Below, piece after piece: positions 50,301-63,215 of a DNA stretch of 64,000 nt. The notes under the pieces were generated by a model that was given only the letters and a program-made list of their open reading frames with translations, was not told the DNA's origin and did no database searches. How positions within the stretch are numbered: the first letter of the stretch is position 1; each line of letters opens with the position of its first letter. The position numbers and the translations under genes are program-made. The stretch covers positions 62,001-126,000 of the forward strand of contig CDRNST010000090.1 in NCBI GenBank assembly GCA_977016875.1, in the 5' to 3' direction. Origin of the DNA: Pavona decussata (lineage: Eukaryota).

Positions 50301-52007
50301 TTTTAAAACCTTTAGTGTTATGAAAACATTGGCCAAGTGCCATGTATGAGATCACTGTGTAATGGGCAAAAAAACATTTAAAAAAAATTTACTGATCAGA
50401 GCTGGTAAGTTACCGGGACTTTCGAGAAACGGGCGCAAGAAAGTTGAAACACTGTGCATTTAGTTGGTTTTCCCCGTGTGAATAAACAAGGTGAAATTCC
50501 GTTCTGTTAAACCTGTTTGTGGTAGCCCGCTGTGTATTGTCTTTGTATCTCTGATAAGTTTCAAGTGGCCTGCTCTTCTTCTCTAAATTGTTTATGGAAC
50601 CGCCAAACACGTGGAAATCAGAATATTTATATTAATATATTTTCTGAAACCTCTCGGTTTAATTTTATGCGGACCCCCAATTCTTTTTTGTTTACATTTG
50701 AGATCTCTGTTCTGTACGGTAATATGAGCCCGCGATGTTCTCATTTCAGTTTATTAGTCTTGGCTGGTGGTCGACCTCTGAACATAACGAGAAGAAGCAG
50801 GAAACTAGTGAAAGTATTTAATACTCAAATAAATGTCCAACAAGAAAAATTAAGGTAAAATAAAAAAAAATAAAAGTAACAGTCTGCAGTCTGCATGGTC
50901 TGTGTTTTAACATGACCATTTCCAAGTCTGCAGTTGAGTTTTCGTGAGATTTTCACCTCGCGATGCGAAATCTAAAATATCAAACATGACAAATATTTTC
51001 CTCACTGCCTCGCATGGCGAAAAGCTCACGAAAACTTAACCGCACACATGATGAAACAGCTGAACTGATCACCTCACAAGGTACCTACTACTCTTTCCTC
51101 AAATTCGGTACAATATCATACCTTTTCATCGCTTTACATCGTAGTAGAGTACTAATTAGAAGCGCCTTTGCGTCACTTTACCTTTCGAAATTCCAAGACA
51201 GCACTTCTGCAATTCAAGTGAGCGGCGGATTGCTCAAAAGGTCTTCCTAAGGTAACTAGGCTGAATTTGTCCGGCTGTAGAAAAGAACGGCTCATTCCCA
51301 GCAAATAAATGTAATAAACAACAATTTGCATTTGCAAACTGCATGTGGTTATTTTTTAAATTTCTGTTTGAAAATGACCTTTTTCAGAAAATATTTCTTG
51401 CGCTTCCTACGAAGCTCAACCTGATTCGCTCCTTCTTCGTAGCGGGTGATCTAGTTCAACACCCCTTCAAATCCCCTCACATCTTCAAATTGTCTAAATA
51501 AAATACATTGATGAACTATTTAGTTTTGGAGAGCATCATGATCTTAGACATGGTCATGACTAACAACGGCATTGTCAGTTTCAAACCACAACTTTATATT
51601 ACAGTCAACTCTCCGCTAACGGACACTCTCGTAAGCGGACAGCTCTACTTACGGACGGCTTTTTAAATCCCCGTTTTTTCCTCCCAGTCAAACTTTCTAT
51701 TTACACATTCCCGTAAACGGACACTCTCTCGTTTGCGGACGCGGACACTTTTGAAAATGAAAATTGGATTTTTCTTTTGTTTACGCTCTCTCGTAAGCGG
51801 ACACACCATGTACGTAATTGACTCTTGGCAATGAAATTTGTCTTTAATTTGCAATAAATCAACAAAAATATGACCTTTAACAGAGCAACAGAACAGCAGG
51901 GATCGCTTTTTACAAATTTCAATTTGTCCGCGGCAAAGCAAGCTGTCCGTTCGTTTGACATTAACAAGAGTCCGACGAAACATTTGTAGTGTCACGTTAA
52001 ATATTGC

Positions 52008-52095
52008 CTAGCCGGTTCACGGACGTTTTTTTTTCGTAAGATATTGGCACTCGCCAATATCTTACGAAAAAAATAAACGTCTGTGAAGGGGCTAG
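52008..52095. repeat. Palindromic mini-element
   Basis: ctagcc..ttcacggacgttttttttcgtaagatattggc-actc-gccaatatcttacgaaaaaaataaacgtctgtgaa..ggctag. Confidence 0.85.
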
Positions 52096-52145
52096 TGATG
52101 GCCACGTTCCTCATGGTCTACTTTACTTCTTGTTTCTGTTTTCAA

Positions 52146-52610
52146 TCACTGATTGTACCAAACACTGTATCCCAGATAATCAAGCTTGGACTTGAGCCAT
52201 GGTAAAGATGTTTCAACATCACCATAAAAAACGTATTTACAAGGAATTTCCATGCCGCACCCAGCTCCTCTGTTGACAGGTTTACCCGTTATGATGGCTT
52301 TCCCTTTGTTTGTTCTGCGCTTTAAAAACTTGGTTACAAATTCAGCCATCCTCAAAGGAATGTGACCAAGTATCTCATCGAATCCAGACACTGTGTTAGC
52401 GTGTTCCTTGGCTGTGGTTTCAAGACTGCAATCTTCTAAATTAGGCCTTACTACAGCAACCGCATTCACGTCCTTGATGTTCTTTGGCTCGCGTTTAAGG
52501 GCCCTTTCCTCATTTAGTTGTGGATCCCAGCCAGCCGCATCTTTGTATACATGATAACCGCGAATGTAGGACTCAACCATTACGTACGATTCTGTCATCC
52601 TGTTTGCCAT
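52146..52610 (-). CDS. Stand-alone HIRAN-like domain protein (154 aa)
   Basis: IRGYHVY....W.P......L.REP.N.KD.NAVAV......LGHIP...A.....FL...G.GMEIPC; open ORF with ATGGC start. Confidence 0.8.
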   Translation of the reverse strand: MANRMTESYVMVESYIRGYHVYKDAAGWDPQLNEERALKREPKNIKDVNAVAVVRPNLEDCSLETTAKEHANTVSGFDEILGHIPLRMAEFVTKFLKRRTNKGKAIITGKPVNRGAGCGMEIPCKYVFYGDVETSLPWLKSKLDYLGYSVWYNQ

Positions 52611-53131
52611 CGCTTTATACAGCTACAGTCAAGAGATCACAGAAAAATGGGGTCCGTAATGCGAGGTCTTACTTTTGAATAAAGTACAGTAAAAGCTCTT
52701 TTCACAGCGTGTGTTTACTGTTGTTGCTTGTCATCGGGTTCTTTTTCAATGAAAGTAAATTTAGTGTTTGTACGTGTGTGGGCAGGTCATTTTAATTTCC
52801 TAAAATTTTGACATCGGTACTTTTAGCCGGTTAAACTGTCGGTAAGAGGTGTGAAAATTTTCCAGAACTCTAACAGAAAGCTAACATCATTTAAAAATAC
52901 GAGTGCAGTATCAATTCTACCATAAAAATTCGTTTGCTTTATCGTGTTGATTGAAATACAGTATCTCTATTACTGTAGTTTGTAGTCGTGGATACTAACT
53001 GTATACAGTACACTGCTTCGTGTCATTTTGACAGATTACAATATAATCCCGTAATTTGCTTGTCAATCAGTGTGATTTTCTGCCATATTCAGTACATTGG
53101 CGAGTTTATACACGTGTAGGTTGCTGTGAAT

Positions 53132-55039
53132 ATGTCGTGCTGCAGTAACTGCGCGAACGTTACAAAATATATTTGTTTAACATGCGAAAGGCCAGTTTGT
53201 AATAAGTCAAGTGATTGTTCGGTTTGGGCGGACGAGGAAAATCCAGGTTGGAAGGCAGGTATTGCTGTTGCCTGGTGTTTGCCCTGTTTCGACAAGAGAA
53301 TTGCTGCTGAAAACCTGATCGGAGATGAAGAATTCAAAGAAGAGGAGCCAGTCAATCGTCCAGAGCAGCAAGTGAATCAAATACAGGGGAGTCCTCGAGT
53401 GGAAACAGCAAGCAGCTCGAGTAAGGCAAAAAAAGAAGCAAGACAGGCTACAAACGATGGTCAGAGCCACAAGTGTTTACCCCTAAGTGAGAAAGTACAA
53501 GTGATCCGTGCCTCACTAGATGAAAAGCAAAGCATTAGGCAGCTGGCGAAGAGGTTCGTTTGCGGAAAAACTCAAATAGCAAAGATCATTGCTGATAAAG
53601 AGAAAATTATGGATGAATGGATGTCCAATGGCAGTTCCACGATCAAACGAAACAACTTCGAAAAGTACGAAGAGATAAACCGCATACTGTGGGATTGGTA
53701 TGTCAAGGCTAGAGCAGCAAACATCCCAGTGGATGGGCCTTTACTCAAAGAAGAAGCCAGGTTGATTGCCAAACAACTCGGCGTGACAACTTTTAAAGGA
53801 ACAGAAGGCTGGTTTTCTAAGTGGAAGCAACGGCACAACATTGTGCAATTCAATATCGCTGGCGAGGAAGGGGATGTTAGCAAAGACACGGTAGAAAGTT
53901 GGAGTGAACGTGTAAAAGAATTGACCAAGGGATATGCAGTTGCCGATATATAGAACGAAGACGAAACTGGGGCATTTTGGAGAGCGCTTCCAAGCAAGTC
54001 TCTCTCAGAGAAGGGAAAGCGATGTCGTGGAGGAAAGAACGCCAAGCAAAGGATCACTGTCGCTTTCTTTGTGAGCGCCGACGGAAGAAAGGATAGTGTT
54101 GTTCTTATCGGAAGCAGCAAGAAGCCCCGTTGTTTTGCAAACCTTGTAGATATTTCGCGCCCGTGTGGCGCTCAGTATTTCAGCAACGCAAAGGCATGGA
54201 TGAAAACTGAGATAATGGAAAATGTGATATCCAAGTTAAACAGCAAGATCAAGCGGGAAAATCGTAACATCATACTCTTTCTCGACAATGCTCCCTGTCA
54301 TCCTCCCTCCCTAAAAGGCAAGTTTTCCAACATCCGAATTGAGTTCCTGCCGAAAAGCACCACGTCACGCACACAGCCTCTTGACGCAGGAATCATCAAA
54401 ACTTGGAAAACGTACTACAGGCGGAAGCGGTTGCGATATGTTCCTGGCCAAATGGATGGAGAGAAAACTGCAAGTGAGATTGTCAAGTCCGTTAATTTGC
54501 TGATGGCTGTACGATGGGTGGTCAGCGCCTGGGAAGAGGTTCCAGCTGCAGTCGTCTCCAAATGCTTCAAGAAAGTTGGGATGTATCCTGTTGAAAATCT
54601 CAATGCTGAGGAAGATGACGACCCGTTCGAGGGAGAAGAATTGATGGATATTCCTGAATTGCTAAGCCATATTTCCCCAGGACTAGACATGTCAGCGTTC
54701 GATGACGAAGCTGAGGCCTTTGAGCCACCAGTGGATACCACACTTCCAAACTGGAGAGATACCGTACGACAAGAAATAATCGCTGCATCTATCAACGAAG
54801 AGCAGGTGTATGAGATAATCGACGATGATGAGGAATATGACCAGCCCCTGCAACTTCCGGAAATTACATCTGCGGAACAGGCGCTGGAACTTGTTGGGAA
54901 GCTAGCGGCATTTTCTGACTGGCAAGGAAACGAGCCGCTAGTCCAGTCAATTACCAAGGTCAATGATGTCTTAGTAGACATGCGACTGAAGTCTCTATTG
55001 GCAAGGAGGCAGTCAACCATAACGGACTATTTCTCCTAA
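53132..55039 (+). pseudogene. Tigger/pogo (CENP-B HTH + DDE_1) transposase with a single premature TAG
   Basis: N-terminal Cys-rich finger (CSNC...CLTC..PVC), psq-type HTH, CENP-B HTH (PVDGPLLKEEA..GWFSKWKQRH), DI*NEDETG (TAG 53951-53953), LFLDNAPCH and QPLDAGII. ORFs 53126 and 54071 are in the same frame. Confidence 0.92.
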
Positions 55040-55086
55040 CTGTCATAAGACCAAGCAAACCTTCTCTGGTCACGATATACGTTTTG

Positions 55087-55357
55087 GACGACAGCAGTAA
55101 GTCCCGTTGAACGTTTTATAAGAAGAGTTATGTTTTTAAGAAGCACCAAAGTTACATTTATAGACGGCAACAATAAGTCCCGTTGAACGTTTTATAAGAA
55201 GAGTTACGTTTTTAAGAAGCACCAAAGTTACATTTATAGACGGCAACAATAAGTCCCGTTGAATGTTTTGTTAGAAGAGTTATGTTTTTAAGAAGCACCA
55301 GAGTTACATATATGGACGGCAGCAATAAGTCCCGTTGAACATTTTGTTAGAAGAGTT
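55087..55357. repeat. 76-bp tandem repeat, about 3.6 copies
   Basis: gtcccgttgaa recurs at 55101, 55177, 55253 and 55329. Confidence 0.95.
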
Positions 55358-55792
55358 CTTCTCTGTAATCCACGTACCAGTGCTGTCTTTTTTTTCTTTC
55401 TTTTTTTATATCACTTTCAATTTCAAACTACATACACCGCTACAACAGTACGCTACTTACAATACAAACCCTTACAATACTTACTTTTTACTTATATGAA
55501 AAAAAAGCATGCAGCTAAATTCCTGTAATTACAATAAGGATTACTTGCACTACAAAAAAATAAATAAATAATAATAATAAAAAAGGCACACATGTATATA
55601 TACACATACGCATGTATATACACTTTTTAAAAGGGGGCGGGATGAATTTTACATTCTAGTAAAAAAAAATGTACTCCAAGTACCACCGCTGTCTTACGTA
55701 TATTTTTTTCCACCTGAAAATAATGATACAAAGTGCATAAATTTCACGTAATTCTGGACCAAAACAGTTCATTAAGGTAAGGAAAGTTTCGT

Positions 55793-55882
55793 TACCCTGC
55801 GAGCAGAGGCCCTTCGATCTTTCTAGTCCCTTCCTCTTTCCGACTTATCTAGGAAGATCGAAGGGCCTCTGCTCGCAGGGTA
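55793..55882. mobile_element. 90-bp palindromic MITE with probable 9-bp TSD
   Basis: taccctgcgagcagaggcccttcgatct ... agatcgaagggcctctgctcgcagggta; flanks aagtttcgt and aagtttcat. Confidence 0.85.
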
Positions 55883-56424
55883 AAGTTTCATCTGTCGATT
55901 GAAAAATATTTCTTTTCACAAAAGCTAATTCCCTAGAAGAGATTAGCCACCTGCACTCAACGAGGAGGAAGAGGAAGACTGTGATAAAAACATGCTCTAT
56001 GCGCTTATACTTAGAGGTATTTCTATGGAGTTCCCTCCCCAGCCAAAATTCAAAGTGTTTATTTTCATTCTACTTCTTTTATTTCCGAGCAAAATTGAAA
56101 AATGGCCTAAAATTCGACATAGGTCATTTATGCTCTAAGCCTTGCAACTATAAGTATAATACTTACATGTCTTTTACATTCTTGCATGTACATGGTCATC
56201 TCTCTTTCGTCAGACACACTGCAAGGCGCTGCAAATTCATGTCTGCAATGTGGACAACTGTTACAACTTCAAGTAAAGTTCGCTTTCATTTCTTGATACA
56301 TTTTTTATGGTGGTGCTGCCCGCAGCAATTTGTCTTAGGCAGGTGCTCAAAACCTGAAAAATATTCTGGAAAGAAATGTTATTCCTTTGAACATTAAAGG
56401 ACCTCCTTTAAAAGCCATCCGCAC

Positions 56425-56720
56425 TCTCTTTGAAACAACGCTATCTGCTCAAAATCCCATTGAGAAACAAAGCACCCCATTTTGTGCGCGCTCTTTGAAA
56501 CCACGCTATCTTAGATACAAGAAAAACTTTTAACGCACTTACAGAAATGATTTAAACAAAGACTTTCAAACTAGCACAAGAAGAACTCAACGGAGAATGT
56601 AAAACAACGCACACTGCTCAAAATCTCATTGAGAAACAAAGCACACCGATTTGCAGGCGCTCTTTGAAACCGCACAATCCTAGATCAAGAAAAACTTTTA
56701 AACTCGCTTGGAGAAATTCT
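56425..56720. repeat. Imperfect direct duplication, period about 170 bp
   Basis: ctgctcaaaatcccattgagaaacaaagcac...ctctttgaaacc...caagaaaaacttttaa occurs twice. Confidence 0.75.
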
Positions 56721-59201
56721 CTACTATGCCCTCAAATATACCAATTTTATATTTTTGATTGTGGGGATGGTAGTTATAGATAGACTTTTTTCGCAAAAAA
56801 AAAAAAAATCGACGTTCCAGTATCTGCATTGCTGTAAGTCAAAAAAGTACTAAAATTCAACGTCGGTTTTTTCGCGGAAAAAATCAACCCTGGCAAGATG
56901 GGCTGTCACATCTCTTGTACAGTCTTAAGTTGGACAAGGCCTTCATAACCAGGGTATTTGTAGCTTCACCCACAAGCAGTACTTTCACTAGTTACAGTTT
57001 CTAGATTTCATGCTGAAATACCTGGCCAGGATCACGTGCAAATCAGCTAGATCAGCTAAGTGAATATTATTCTCATTATCATTAAAATGAGCATTGGTTT
57101 CAAGGCAATTTTGAGTAGCGGACACAAACCTTCATGCTTTAGAAAGGAGTCAGTGAGTTTGGAATGTTTACTGTATTAATTTTCTTGTGAGATGGTTGGT
57201 CTAGGTTTGTGTTAAGTTTTCAGTTCATTGGGTTATTTCACACCATGAATGGGGCTTCGTCCTTTGACTTAAATTTGCACGGTTTTCATCGGCCAGTGAC
57301 CGCACCTAGGCCGCATTTCAAACTCTTTCAATTTTCTCAGAAAAGAAAATACTTTGGAACTTTAAAATGTGATTGTCGAAAATAGTTTATCCGAGGGTAT
57401 CTTCAGACAAAATATCAGAAATTCGACCAAGTGGTCGCTGAAATGCAGTTCTCGATTCTTATAGGCAGCCGCTCTTAATATCTTAACTTCATCATGAAGT
57501 GAAATGTTGTATTTGTGAGAGCCTCAATCCACCTTATCTATTAGCAGGCATTTCGTTATTTCTGGGATCCTTGCCCAATGAGGTTGCACTCTACAACTGA
57601 CAGGTTTCTCTGTCATTGTCATTACAAGGGCTGCATTCTGAATCTGAACCACTTTCTTCCGATTATAATAGGCATCATCACTGTCACTTTCTATTTAAAC
57701 TCCAAATGAGCGCAAACCAGCTGTTTCCTTTATGTGAGATACAAACTTTTATAGACTCCCTTATTTCCTTTGTTGGTATTGCTGCTTCTACCTTCTTGCG
57801 GTTATTAACACCAACCAAAGGAATATCCAAGAGTTTTCTTTTGGCATGGGTACTTTTGTGCGGTTGCTCTGGATTGGAAACTGAAAATGCTGTATCCATC
57901 CTCATGTATCCCTCTCTACTTTTTTCATTTCGAATTTTTTTTCGAGGATGAGCATCCCAAACATGGCTGTTGAAGCTTAGTTTTTCACATGTTTGAGTTC
58001 GAAATATTCCTTAAGGCTAAGCCCCTCAAATAGAGACATGCCCAAGCCATCATCTACAGTTCTGTAGTTTGACAATGATTTGTGTGCTTTAAATGTTCTA
58101 AATTATTTGTCAAGTCCTCTTTCCGCCAAACCTTGTGCAAGAGAGTTGCTGCTCAATTATAAAACATGAGAATTCACGTGTTCGTTTGGTCCATATTCAG
58201 ACCCTTGGACATATGAACCCTCTTTATCACTGGATATTTAGGAACAGACTGAGCAGGGGGCCATGTTTTTGTTTGCTCCTTGAGACGATAAAACAACCTT
58301 GGGAGGGTCATACTTGAGTTTGTGCTGTTATTATTGTTTATATCAATGTTAATCGCTTTATCACTTCCATCAATGTTTATCACTTTATCACTTTTCTTGC
58401 CCTCATTTGATTCTATTTTGACTTTTCATGCCAAATGGATTGTGCTTCCTTGGGTTGCACTATTTTTGGTTCCTGTTCAAGTTCAAGTGTCTCTTTTCGC
58501 AGCTCAGATATCTGTCCAGTAAACTTATCACACAACTCCCAATTCGTAGTATTCTTTGCCATTTCAACTTGGTGCTCTTTGTAAAGGATTTGTTCCTCCT
58601 TCGCCGAAATACCTTGTTGAGGTAATTTAATGTACCCAGACCGCTCATCTTCAGTAGCTTTAGTTCTTTAATTGGGCTGCTCACAATCTTTGCCCTGGAT
58701 ATTCCTTTCAAAAACTCATATCCATCTTTCACTTTTTTTCAGACATCTTTTCCCCTGTTGCCTTATAGGGAATGATCCTGTTTGGAAAGCTCTGAGGCTG
58801 CTGTGTTTACAGCCTGTTGATAGTTAGTCACACCTTTGTTTATACCAGCATATAATGTCCACTTTTCTTCAAGTTCTTTATCAAATGAAGACTGTTAAGG
58901 CGCCTGTATGGAGTAGCAAAAAAATATGAACCATTGGTTTATACCATTAGAAAATTTAAGTTTGGTGACTTTTTAGTGTTACCCTCACAAAGATTTTCCA
59001 CCTACCCACACCTGTTCAAACCTAGTTAGGATTCGAATTATTTTCAACCAAATAGTACCTTTATAACAAGACCTGCTTTAAAGGTTTCCATCTTCAAACA
59101 CTATTTTCCTGCATTTCTAATTAAAAAAAAAAAATCTGTGTTGCAATCAAAATTGTATTCATTGTGTTAATCTCTGCCATTGAACCCCCACAATAGATAG
59201 C

Positions 59202-59459
59202 TACAATGCAGGTCAAAAGTGTTGGGACACTTAGCGAGATACTACTGAAATAATCTCCCCCCACCCCCTCCCCCCCAAGCAATGTTGAGATTTGACACTA
59301 CAACACAGATTTCAACAAAAATACTGTTTATCTGCATCTTCCAACATTGTTTGGGGGGGAGGGGGGTGGTACGCTCCAATTGTGACCCCAAAAAGCCAAC
59401 TTTACTTGGAATACATGATTATTGGACAGGTGTCCCAACTACTTTTGACCTGCATTGTA
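59202..59459. mobile_element. Tc1/mariner-type MITE with TA TSD
   Basis: TA|caatgcaggtcaaaagtgttgggacac ... gtgtcccaactacttttgacctgcattg|TA. Confidence 0.85.
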
Positions 59460-61439
59460 GGTTGTGGTTGGAAATTTCAGAATTTTTATGTCTATTTTAA
59501 TAGTACCAGATTAGGCAAATAAGCATTGTGTAAACTAAACGAAAGTTGTGTCAAGAAATAATTTAAAACAGGTCATATGCATAGCAAGTTTAGGTGATGA
59601 CTGTGTGCTTACTGAAGTCCCAGTGGTGTTGGAGTCCATTGACAATGAAATTGTTTCCGTTGTTGACACATTTGTTGTCACAATTGCTGGTGTCACTTGT
59701 GGTAACCAGGTTTCATCACCTGTATTCAAATAGATTCAGGACCTCCTAAGGTTGCATGAGTTGACATAACAGGTGGTAGCTATAGGGATAGGGGAGAGGT
59801 TTAATGAGATGCAAGCAGTGTAAGCATTGGAGGGGTTTAATGCGATGCATGTGTATGTATGATTTGGATTTTATTATTGTTTATTATGTGGAGTGAGGTG
59901 TACTGTGCTCTGATGGTACAGTTCCGCCCAACCAGGCAGGTAGTATCGCTCTTATATAGAGAAAGAACAATGGAGAAGATAACAACCAATGAGAAAGCAT
60001 TGATGTTGTAGTCAAACGAGTTGAAACAAGTTGGGGGTTGACGACAAAAACCAGACCAAACCAGTTTTGAACACTATTAAGTATTCAAAATGGTCTCCTC
60101 AATATTGCAGAGTAGACAAAGCCATCAAACTGGTCCCTTAGTACTCTTTCGGTTGACTTTACAGAAAACAATCTAGTTCTCGGTTTTCCTATAAGGGAGA
60201 ACTCTTTACATGAACTGAAATGATGGAACACTTTATAGAACAGCATGTGGATAACAATTAAGTTTTAGAACTTATATATGGTTTACAAGGATTGTTTGGT
60301 GTGTTACGTAACTTAACAACATTTTAGGTACTGGAATTTTACAAGCGTGACCAAATGAATGTTACAAACAAAGGGGATGATTGTATTCTGAAAGGTATTA
60401 CATAATAATAGCGAGAACTTAAACAATCATTATAATAAAGAATTGATGGCTACAAAGTGTTGTGAATTTTGAGGTTCGCTAACCTTACAGACTATTACAA
60501 ACAAAGAGAATTATTGTATTCCGAAAGGGAGAATGAAGGCAATTATTAAAATAAAAAAAAATTATGTCTTACTAAGTGTTATGAATTTTAAGGTCCACTG
60601 AGCCAACAAAATCCACACTCCGGGCCAATGAATATCTATGGCAGAATGGAAGCACATCACAAGCATCAAAGGAGGCCGCTAAACAAACAAGTTGTAATAG
60701 CATCCTCATGAAGCCCTTGAGCTCATTCCAAGTTTGTAGAAATAACGTTATCCTAAAGTGGTGCCTTTCAGGTCGTAGATCTGTTTTTTAAGACACTGAA
60801 TTGACTACTAGAAAGCCGAGTAAAAAAGAAGAACTAAAAAATTCAATTCTATCAAAACGTTTTTGCAAAGATCACATCTACTTCGTTTGCATTTAATGCA
60901 ACCACCTGTTTCATTGGTTTCTTGTTCTCCTCTTCTGTATTTCGATGGCGCTAACATTTCTTTCAAATTTTTTGTTCTATGAAACGAGGGAATAATTGAA
61001 TTTATTTTTATTTATTTATTTTGCCACGCCACAAATGCAATGTAAACAAAAAAAATAGCAAAAAGATATTTGTAACAATGGCGAGGAGACCTAAAGGAAA
61101 CTAGGAAGCTTATATTAATTAGTTCTCCTCAGAATTAGATGGAAAATATTCTTTTAATTTGGGGTTGGATTGTAGCAAGTGCAACTGCTTCCTAATGACG
61201 TAGCCTTTGTTAGGTAGGTAAGGATTAAATGTCATAACTAGCGGAAACAGTTTTCTGTTCTCCCTGGTTCAGGGCACAAGCAGATCATCTCTAGGAATGG
61301 CCGAGGCTTTGAGGAATTACTCATTGAGGAGTGTTTTAATATTTCATATACCGGCATTCTCCTGTCTAAAAAATTCTGATCTGAGCAGTTTTTACGGGGT
61401 GAGGCCCATTACACTGGTCACAGACATGCCCGAAATGTC

Positions 61440-61945
61440 AGGGGTCTCTATTACATGTTCCATTTTTGTTGAAATAGTGTATGTTGGATTGCCTCCTTGG
61501 TTTTGTTAGGACCCATTCCCTGTACAATGTTTTTGAGGTTCTGTTACAAATCTCCCTGACCAAATCACCCTCAATAATTTTGCCTGCCCAACCCAACAAG
61601 TACTGTGTTTGTAAAGAACTCAATGGCATTCTTAGAGAAGATAGATTAAAGTTTGCAGTACTGCATATGAGGCGTTTCCTCATCCCATTACAGCGCTTCT
61701 CATCTCCTTCCCTTATAGTATCAATTCAGTTGATCAAGAAAACAGTCAGCTCCAAAACCGTGTGACCAATAATTCTTTACACGGTCTGGTTGAATGACTT
61801 CATTTGCATGCTTCTATATTGTGCATTGTGCATTCTCTGGTGTTTGGTTTTTGCTCGGCTTTGTGTTGATGTCTGTCATCCCCCAAAACTCGAGGGCAAC
61901 TTCCACGATGTATGCCAGTCCTACACTCAACAGAAGCTGATCGCA
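61440..61945 (-). pseudogene. Second, deleted copy of the DUF6589-like remnant at 36435-37160
   Basis: Collinear nucleotide similarity (ggtctctattacatgt...caaatcaccctcaataattttgcctgccca...ctacactcaacagaagctg). Confidence 0.8.
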
Positions 61946-63215
61946 ATCCTCATCTGAATCGATGACCTTTTCTGGTGTGATATTATATCTTGCAATATCG
62001 TTCCCTAAAAAAAACGCAAGGTACCATTCTGTCTTGTTGAGTCAGATTTGTACAGGACTGAAACTGCAAACCAAAAATATTTATAAAGAAGTTATAATGA
62101 TATGCCTTTAACATTTCGCTCTAAAAATTTAGGGGTCTAGATGCGAAGTATAATACAACGAATTTCATATTCCTATATAATCATATAGGATTGACTCTAT
62201 CCTATCATGGATGTTTTGGTGTGTAGTATTACTGCAAATAATATACAGCTGTTCCTTTACTAGTTGTACTGTATTTTGATGAGCCCTGCTGCCAAGTCAA
62301 AATAGAAACAAAGAGTGGAAATATGCCAACAAAACATAGAAAATAAGAGATTTAAAAGAGAAGTAAAATGAGGAGCTGAAACAAAATGGGTGTGTTTACA
62401 TGCTAGAAGACTAGTGTTTTTTGTAAATTGTAAGAGTAGTTTTTTACGGTTCAAGTAATTAATTGTTAGTGGAAATATCACACCAGTTCAAACTCATTTC
62501 ACGCATTAATTAAACTATACTAAGTGAAATTGGATATCGAAAGCCAGTACTTAGGACTTTCAAATTATCTGGAAAAGCATTCCTCCATACATAACAATAT
62601 TTTAAATTAGTTCAAATTAGCGGGGAATTTTAGTTAACCGAGTTTGAGTTAGCAGGGTCCTACTGTAAGTTGGAAATAAATCAATCTAATATTCACCCTG
62701 AAATAAATCTGTGCTTTGGTGAACTTAGATCTCGGGCTGGACTTTGCCAGTAACTCCACTGTGCTATAGCAAGCCCTCTGACTTTCAGAGGGTGTCTAGG
62801 CATTTAATTGCGGACAAATTAAAAATACCATTCAATTTTTTTAACATGCAGTACAATTACTTGATTTAACACTGATTTTCAAAACGTATAAGTTGGTCTT
62901 AAGAGTACTGGTTGCTAGTATTAGTGCTAGTTGGAACTTGGAACATTCTATCAAAGTGTAAGCTTAGTTATTCAATTCAAGGAGGGGCAAATAGCATGAG
63001 GTTAAGTTGATATTTTTGTGACAGTAAGATCACAACACGTATAGAAATTTAGGCAGGAAAACTCATTGCTATTGGGAAAAAAAGCCTGCTTGCTTGGTTG
63101 TTGGGTTGGGAGACTTTGGACTAGTACTCGGAGTTATATCCCTGGATTCCAGTTCTGATCCACTGCGGCTTTGATAGTGAACTATTTAGTACTTTGTCCC
63201 TTGCTAACACGAGTT

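Larger units (their letters stand above)
51602..55357 (+). mobile_element. Tigger/pogo-like DNA transposon, left end intact, right TIR not found
   Basis: TA|CAGTCAACTCTCCGCTAACGGACAC terminus with repeated gtaagcggaca subterminal motifs (about 51617-51805); contains a CENP-B/DDE_1 transposase. Confidence 0.8.

Noticed and set aside
53572-55020. Minus-strand ORFs of 182 and 201 aa
   Set aside because: Antisense shadows of the Tigger transposase with no independent motifs.
55087-55357. CRISPR-like array
   Set aside because: Whole 76-bp units repeat with no unique spacers; eukaryotic context and no cas genes.
57380-58850. Degraded minus-strand coding-like region
   Set aside because: Multiple stops and frameshifts with no recognisable motif, so no call can be supported.
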